Shown here piece after piece: positions 57,203 through 64,000 of a stretch of DNA of 64,000 nt; the stretch's first letter is position 1; each line of letters begins with the position of its first letter. Location: positions 1-64,000 of the forward strand of contig JAADVB010000033.1 in the NCBI GenBank assembly GCA_023334545.1, read 5' to 3'. The notes under the pieces were generated by a model that worked only from the letters and a program-made list of their open reading frames with translations, was not told the origin of the DNA and searched no databases. The translations under genes were made by a program, and so were the position numbers. This DNA comes from Salisapilia sapeloensis CBS 127946 (Eukaryota > Protista > Oomycota).

Positions 57203-59460
57203 TCAGCCTGTCATGGTAAAGTTGATCGCGCCCTGCCTCTTGAGACGTGCAAGCACCGGGTTCTCTTCCTGGTCCTCCATCGGCTGCTGCGTCAGTTGAG
57301 CACGTAGTCCCAGTCGTCTCTCATATGTGCTTCTCGATGCATCCTCCTCCTCTTCCTCCTGATGACTTACAAACGAGTTGGACGTACGAGATCGAGGACG
57401 AGAGGAACTTGACACTGGTTGCTCGTCCTCACTCTCGGTCCAGTCGCTTTTGAAGGAAGAACAGTTCTGTGATCGAGTGCGATTACGACTCGACCAGTCG
57501 GCGCTACTCGCAGACGCCTGTCGGTCGAGAGAGAACGTCCGGTCTTGAAGTGCCGGATCGTCACCATGGTACTCAATCCCAGTGCTTCTTTGCTCCTCTG
57601 CTTTCGCTGTCTGTTCCTCAACGATCGGTTCTCCAAACAAGTTAAAGGACGAGCGATGTCGTAACTTGCGTCGTGGATCTTGCAATCCACCCATCGATGC
57701 TCGACGTCCTGCCTCTGTATCCTTCTCCACACCGTTCGTGTCCTCGAACATGGAGCTACGCATAGTGTTTTGTGGTATATCTGGAGCAGAGATATGATCG
57801 GATTGAGGACGTAGACGAGTGTTATCTTGCGGTACATTCGTCTGTCGTTGCTTTGGGAGGACACTTTCTGAAAACTGTTTCGAACGACGGCGTTGACGAC
57901 GTTTGACTCGACGTACGATGACGCTTCGAGCTTCCAATAGTTCCTCTCGTTTGTTCTCGATCGGGAGTAGTCTAGCCATGGACGGGATCAAGTAGCAGCA
58001 TTCGATCGCGCCTACACACCCTTGTAAGAAGGCACAGTACTCTGTCGCGTTGATTTTTCCACGACCAAAGTCTTTCGTCAAGTCTTGGAATTCACGCACA
58101 CGATCCTCGTCATCGGAGACGAGTTCACGTACTTTGGAGACGATCATCTTATGCAGTTTCTTTGCATCTTTCGAGTTTTCTATTGGATCGATATGTACGT
58201 CTTCCTCCAACTCCATGGCTTGGGAGATCGTCGTTCGACGGTCGGACGGTGCTATTGGGAACACTTCATCCGATTGGGAACTTCCGGAACGATCTTGCGG
58301 ATCGATGGAATGGTCTGATGGTGGTGTATCGATCAACTCAGTCTCATTACTCTTCGGATCACTCGACACGATCGGATCAATGTCCTCGTCTGTCGATACA
58401 TCCGTCACATCTTTATTTTCTCCAGATATGGTAAAGAAAAAGTCAAAATCTAGTAGATGTCGGACTTTGGAGACGAGCGACGTGTCGGATGACAAGTCTG
58501 GGATGGCAAAGATGTGTTCCATGTACTTGGCCACTTCTCGTTCGACTTCATCTCGTTTCACTTTTTTCCGGAAAAGTCCTTTGCGGTCTTTCGGAAATGG
58601 AATACGTTTCATCGTTGCAGCTGGAAGGAGAGACCGGATCGATCTGTGTAATGGATGAATAGACGTTGGTTATAGACAAAGAGCTAGATGTACGTACTCA
58701 TCAAACGCTTGTAATTGCGCTATTGTCTTCCACACTTTCCAACGAATACTAGGCTTATCTAGAGCTCGATTCGGAAGAACCAAGTGACAGGATACTTCCA
58801 ATTCCTACAGAAAGAATTAGCTACGTCGTGGTCATGTTTGCTGGTGGTACAATGGCGGTACAATTTCTTCCGTGGCTTCCTCCTCAAGGCTCGAGGTCAC
58901 CATGGCCGTGAATTTCGAATTGGCCATCTCCTCCGATGGAATGGATGTGCGTTCAAAGTCTGTAATGGCAGCATAGATAGCGTAGAACCAGGCATCCAGT
59001 GTACTCTGGTCTCGGTCTTGCAATTTAAATTTCTACTTAAACATTCAGCACGCGTTTCGTTCATCTCTCCCTGTAGTACATCAACAGTATACAAGTCATA
59101 CCTTTTCTCGGCCTGTATGCCCTGCTTCATGAATGATAAAACCATCCGGAACTTGTTCCAATCGAGCTGACCTCAAGTCCGCTCGTCCGACCACTTGCTC
59201 CATCTCCTGGTCTTCCTACAATTCCCCACTAAACTCCGCTGCAATTCACTACATCAAGACTCGTATATCACCTGCGCCGAATACAATAATTCTTGTTGCT
59301 GTGGATGTAATCTCGCATGCACTTTTCTCGCTACAGACAGCTTATCCTTTCGAGAAGACGACCTAGTCATGGCATCTCCACCTGCCGGAGGCCTCGACAA
59401 GAGCATCAGTCCTTCCATTTGCTTCACCTTGCGTCCCTTACGCTTATTCGCTTCCCCCAT
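57203..59460 (-). CDS. PH + PX + PAH-like helical domain protein (about 4 introns)
   Basis: Upstream exons give KFKLQDRDQSTLDAWFYAIYAAI (PH end) and RWKVWKTIAQLQAFDE|SIRSLLP...IPFPK...VAKYMEHIF (PX); downstream REFQDLTKDFGRGKINATEYC...LLPIENKREEL. Confidence 0.68.
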
Positions 59461-59742
59461 CCGTCCTGACACTTGAATTACTTCTAATTCCTGCCTATCT
59501 CGTCGTTTCTATCGATTGACGTCGAGAGTACTATAGCAGAGATGTTATACGAGACGCTAGCAATCCCACGACATCTCGAGCGAACTTTAGGCATTTGGCA
59601 TTCGGTGCGTACGCTCCTTAGACCGATCGTTCCGACGTCGAGTGTACGTACGACGAAGAGACAGGTCTAACAGATAGACAGATATCTACGTACTTCGTTT
59701 CATCTAGTAGCAAGACATTTTACAAGCTCGGGCAGCAAACGG

Positions 59743-62700
59743 ATGAGTGATTCGGATTCGAGGACGCTACCGATGCTATCATCACCCAAGACTTCTCAGG
59801 AGATGGAGGAGAGCTCGGCGTCGCATATGGAACAGCCAGAGTCACCGGCGTTGATTGAGCATGCTTCTCAGCTCCAGGAGCAGGAGGAACAGGGACCTGT
59901 GAGCCTGCAGCGCACGACTTCGGAAGCGTATAGCGATGACTCGAACGTCCCTCCTTTATCCACGACTGCTTCCATCGTATCCATTTCGCCTTCTGCCGGC
60001 GTGGAAATCGATGGACTCGGGGTTAAAGGGTACTTGAGTATGCGTGACGAAGGTGTGACGTATCATCGGATGAAGCGATCGTACTGCCGTTGCGTCGGTG
60101 TTAATTTCTTCCGTTTCTCTTCTTCTAGCAATGCCAATAACCTCATCGATGCGTCTTTCGGCTCTGAAATCACAAAAGTCGAAGAGTGGGACGGACGAGG
60201 ATTGCTCCATACGTATCGAAATTCATTCAAACTTTCTTTTCGGCATGGATTAGCTTTTAATGTCGACGCTGAGAGCGAAGATGATAAGCACAAGTGGATC
60301 GAGTACATCCGTAGTGCTTTACAAGGATCCACAAGTGCTTCGGCGATTTGGGAGAACCCGAATAAACGAGAGAGAAGTAATAGCGCATCGAATGTCGACG
60401 CATATCCCTTGTCTGCAGGTGGACTTGAATTCATGGGCGGGCGAAAGAAGTCTAGACCAAAGTTCCAGGATAAACCAGTGTGCGTCCATCCTGGATGCAA
60501 CGCTCGGTTCGACTCGACAGGTCGAAGGCAGCACCACTGCCGAAACTGCGGTGGCACTTGCTGCTCCAGTCACAGCAGTCGATTCGCCGTACTGCGTCAC
60601 TTCTTTTTCAACGAACCCGTTCGTCTTTGTGTTTCGTGTTCTCGCGTCCAGCGATTCGCGCTCTGGTTTTCCATGCTCGTCCAACGACTAGCAATCATCC
60701 AACGCACAAGAGGCGTTCTACGACCTCCTATGGAGGTAGGAGAAGAAGATGAGTTGGAAAAGCTCGAAGAACTACTTCATGAAGCTTCCTTTGGTGTCAC
60801 AGACATGATACAATTGCTACACATGCATCGCTTTGGCTACGACAGTACCTATGCACGTCTCGTCCACAAGCTCATGTCGTCCGCAGAGGACAATATGGCT
60901 GACTTTGAGTTCTTCCTACCGCAGCTCTTCCACCTATGGCTCACCATGGACTGGATTAGCAACAACGTCAAGGCTGCGCTGCTCTTCCGTGCCGTCTGCT
61001 TCGCCGCTAGCCTTCACATTCGTCTAGCAAGTAACATCTACTGGCTCGCACGTGCTGCGGTGGACGACAGTTGCGGATGGGGCTTTGGTCAGTCTGAGCT
61101 CTACGTCCCTTCATACCTGTACAATAAGTTTTCTATGTGCAAACTCCTGATGTTGAATCTCGAGATGCAGTTAGCAGGCGATACGTGGAGTTTCAAGCAA
61201 GATCAGGATCTACCTGCTCCATCACATCATCATCAGATGCTATCCGATCTTTTCGATCGATTGCAGACGCTGTTAAAAGAGATGAAACAAACTAGTAAAA
61301 GCTTTCCGTTCGGTCCGATCTGTGAAGCAGTGACGATCTCTTGTATCCCGGCAGAGTTCCTTGATCTATCCGCAGGTACTGAGCAACGACTGCAGCCTAC
61401 GCAGGACAATCGTCGTGTCTTTTACTCGCACATTGGCTTTGTCCAACAGTTGTGTGAAATGACGGAACGACTGCGCTTTATCGAAGTGACAGGGAGGAAG
61501 GCAGCGTTAAAGCAAGAGCTGCTGCAGATGAGTCCACCAGTAGATGCTTTTAATCCTCTCGGTTCATGTCTTGATCCGATGGAAAGCTTCTTATCGATTG
61601 CCAAGTCGGAAGGAACGGTCTTTACTACTCGTGCAAGAGCACCGACGTTGCTCATGTTCGAAGTCCATGCACAGGACGCATTGTCGAATGAAAGCAAGTG
61701 GCTACAGGTCGTGTCTCCTCCTGAAGAAGCAGTCGAAACGTTGCCTGAGGACGCAGAGTATGGTGCAACGACTGTGCTGGATGATACACGCTCTTCGTCT
61801 TCTTCAAATGACGTCATGGCGTCTTCCACAGCCATCGAGATGGCGGCCAAAAGTGACATTGCGCAAGCCTTGTCCATGAGCAACCTAACAGACGCTGGTG
61901 GCGACCAGAGTCATGCTATGGACACATCGGGAGACTGGGGAGGAGACGATGAAGATAAGGATCCTGCTAGCACAACCAACGACAACGATCGTGACGGTCC
62001 TGCCCCCGTAAGTGTCACGATCGTATCTCCGACTCGAGGCAACAAGTCTCGACGTCGAGATCGGTCAGGATCGCTCATGAACTCGGCGACAGACTCGCTC
62101 GAGTCCATGTTAGCTGGATGGAAGGCTGCGTCCTATAAGAATCGACGCAAACGATCGGCAAGTGAAGGCTCTGAAGCTCCGAATGATGCAGACAACCTAG
62201 CTGCTGGCGTCAAGTTTAATGAAGTAGAAAAGTTCCGACAAGATCAGTTCGTGTCGATGGCACAGAATCTTGAACGGAGCTTGATGGAAAGCAATCCGGA
62301 GAGTCGAGGCGTTTTCTCTGGGAAAGAAGCCGTCTCGTGGATGCGACGAAATGAACTTGTGTTGGATCGAGAGCATGCAGTGTGGCTCGGTGGTGAGCTG
62401 CTTGCGAGTGGTGCGTTGGAAATCGTTACTGCTAATCATGAAGGCTTTGAGCCCAGTAGCGACGTCATGTATCGCGTCGCGACGGAGTTCTCTCGACTCG
62501 AGTGTCAAGAGAATGCTCATGGACAGATGTCCAAGTCGTTTAAGAACTCTCGTCCGTTCTCGATGGACATGGAGCATCGACAGACGTCTCTGTCTGCTAC
62601 CTTTTCATCGAACAGACTTTTGAGTCCACATGTACAGCATGAAAAGACAGGAATGGATAAGAGTCAACTCACGGCAGTAGTCGATAGTAAGCTTACAGGT

Positions 62701-63876
62701 ACTCGTGCGACGAATCTATCGAATGCGATTGAAGAAGTGGAAGAAGACGATAATGCTTCGAGTGTGTTTTCACAACCTTCGCATGCGATTTTAGATAACT
62801 TTTCGCCTGATATAACGCTTGCTGCGATGGAATCGATTGAAATCGCGACGCAAGAACAGATTAAAGTGCATGCTGGGTCACCAGAAGGGGAGAGGTTGCA
62901 AGAAGACTTGGCGACGTTGAAAGATCAGGTCGAAGTCGTATGTGAGTACGTTCGGAGCAAACGAAAGAAACGACATAACGCGGTCGAATCTGCTTTTGGT
63001 GAAAGTTTCGAAAACAAGAAAGAGCGCTTGAGAGAGAACTCGCAGCACGTACAGTGGAGCCATACGCCTCGATGGGACTGCACGGCGTTCGTCGTGAAAT
63101 CCAATGATGATTTGCGACAGGAAGTGCTGTGCATGCAACTCATTCGACAGATCCAGGACATCTTCCAAGCTGAGCAATTGCCTCTACGCCTGTTACCGTA
63201 CTCGATCATCGCAACCTCTGGCTCGACCGGTGTCATCGAGTACATCAAGAATGCTACTTCGTTGGATCGACTGAAGAAACGGAGAGGGTACACGTCCTTA
63301 CGCGACCATTTTCTCAAGACGTATGGTAACGTCGAGACACTGGCGTTCAAGACAGCCATGGGGAACTTTGTCCAGAGTATGGCAGCCTACTCTCTCGTGT
63401 GCTACATCCTTCGCATCAAGGACCGACACAATGGAAACATCATGATCGACAGTGACGGACATATTGTCCACATTGACTTTGGTTTCATCCTCGGGATTGC
63501 GCCTGGAGGTCGCTGGAGTCTCGAAACAGCTCCGTTTAAACTCACGGCCGAGATGGTGGAAGCCATGGGCGGCACGCAGTCTGAGTACTTCAAAGCATAC
63601 GTCATCTTCCTCATCCAAGGCTTTGCAGCGTTGCAACGAAACGCCAAGACGTTGCTGCTCATGATCGGTATCATGGCCCAGCAGTCATCTTGTCCGTGCT
63701 TCTTGTCGCAACAACCACAAGCAGTCTTGCGTGATACGGAGAATCTTTTTCGAATGGACGACACGCAAGAAGAGATCGTACAGTACGTCATTGACCTCGT
63801 TCGACGTAGTCATAACAGCTACCGCACGAGGCAGTACGATACATTCCAACGCATGACGAATGGCATTTTGCCATAA
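59743..63876 (+). CDS. PI4K: Type III phosphatidylinositol 4-kinase with PH, FYVE and DEP-like domains
   Basis: Intronless 1377 aa: PH (KGYL...DAESEDDKHKWIEYI), FYVE (RRQHHCRNCG), FEFFLPQL helical region, VKSNDDLRQE, IKDRHNGNIM, HIDFGFILG. Confidence 0.92.
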   Translation: MSDSDSRTLPMLSSPKTSQEMEESSASHMEQPESPALIEHASQLQEQEEQGPVSLQRTTSEAYSDDSNVPPLSTTASIVSISPSAGVEIDGLGVKGYLSMRDEGVTYHRMKRSYCRCVGVNFFRFSSSSNANNLIDASFGSEITKVEEWDGRGLLHTYRNSFKLSFRHGLAFNVDAESEDDKHKWIEYIRSALQGSTSASAIWENPNKRERSNSASNVDAYPLSAGGLEFMGGRKKSRPKFQDKPVCVHPGCNARFDSTGRRQHHCRNCGGTCCSSHSSRFAVLRHFFFNEPVRLCVSCSRVQRFALWFSMLVQRLAIIQRTRGVLRPPMEVGEEDELEKLEELLHEASFGVTDMIQLLHMHRFGYDSTYARLVHKLMSSAEDNMADFEFFLPQLFHLWLTMDWISNNVKAALLFRAVCFAASLHIRLASNIYWLARAAVDDSCGWGFGQSELYVPSYLYNKFSMCKLLMLNLEMQLAGDTWSFKQDQDLPAPSHHHQMLSDLFDRLQTLLKEMKQTSKSFPFGPICEAVTISCIPAEFLDLSAGTEQRLQPTQDNRRVFYSHIGFVQQLCEMTERLRFIEVTGRKAALKQELLQMSPPVDAFNPLGSCLDPMESFLSIAKSEGTVFTTRARAPTLLMFEVHAQDALSNESKWLQVVSPPEEAVETLPEDAEYGATTVLDDTRSSSSSNDVMASSTAIEMAAKSDIAQALSMSNLTDAGGDQSHAMDTSGDWGGDDEDKDPASTTNDNDRDGPAPVSVTIVSPTRGNKSRRRDRSGSLMNSATDSLESMLAGWKAASYKNRRKRSASEGSEAPNDADNLAAGVKFNEVEKFRQDQFVSMAQNLERSLMESNPESRGVFSGKEAVSWMRRNELVLDREHAVWLGGELLASGALEIVTANHEGFEPSSDVMYRVATEFSRLECQENAHGQMSKSFKNSRPFSMDMEHRQTSLSATFSSNRLLSPHVQHEKTGMDKSQLTAVVDSKLTGTRATNLSNAIEEVEEDDNASSVFSQPSHAILDNFSPDITLAAMESIEIATQEQIKVHAGSPEGERLQEDLATLKDQVEVVCEYVRSKRKKRHNAVESAFGESFENKKERLRENSQHVQWSHTPRWDCTAFVVKSNDDLRQEVLCMQLIRQIQDIFQAEQLPLRLLPYSIIATSGSTGVIEYIKNATSLDRLKKRRGYTSLRDHFLKTYGNVETLAFKTAMGNFVQSMAAYSLVCYILRIKDRHNGNIMIDSDGHIVHIDFGFILGIAPGGRWSLETAPFKLTAEMVEAMGGTQSEYFKAYVIFLIQGFAALQRNAKTLLLMIGIMAQQSSCPCFLSQQPQAVLRDTENLFRMDDTQEEIVQYVIDLVRRSHNSYRTRQYDTFQRMTNGILP

Positions 63877-64000
63877 ATGATAAAAAGTAGAGGCAAGAGA
63901 TACCCAGCAACATGTTTCTTTGTTTACACTTTAAACGTCGCACGTCGTGTCTTTAAACGGGTTCTTGCTCGACTTCTTTAGCTTGGCGACAGGCATCTTA

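Overview
Gene-dense eukaryotic DNA, most likely from an oomycete. The basis is the START-FYVE family, the oomycete C-x-Y-x-x-K-x-C-x-N-x-R domain, a 7TM-adenylate cyclase fusion and a PH-FYVE PI4-kinase; the species cannot be assigned. I can support about 32 protein-coding genes, many split by short (about 50-70 nt) GT-AG introns, so the ORF track fragments or misses several. There are also four tRNA genes (Met, Ile, Asn, Gly), two copies of a decayed dispersed repeat and a probable Tourist-like MITE. No rRNA or CRISPR array is present. The most unusual items are protein architectures: a FYVE/F-box/SAM/trypsin-like protease with an intact triad, a spliced GPCR-cyclase fusion with altered catalytic residues, an RME-8-N-like protein ending in a cytochrome-b5 fold lacking both heme histidines, and a vasohibin with a C-terminal Ig-like domain. 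Repeat and MITE remnants lie beside tRNA genes in the few gene-free gaps. All family calls are from motif recognition by eye, no database search was run, and exon boundaries are predictions.
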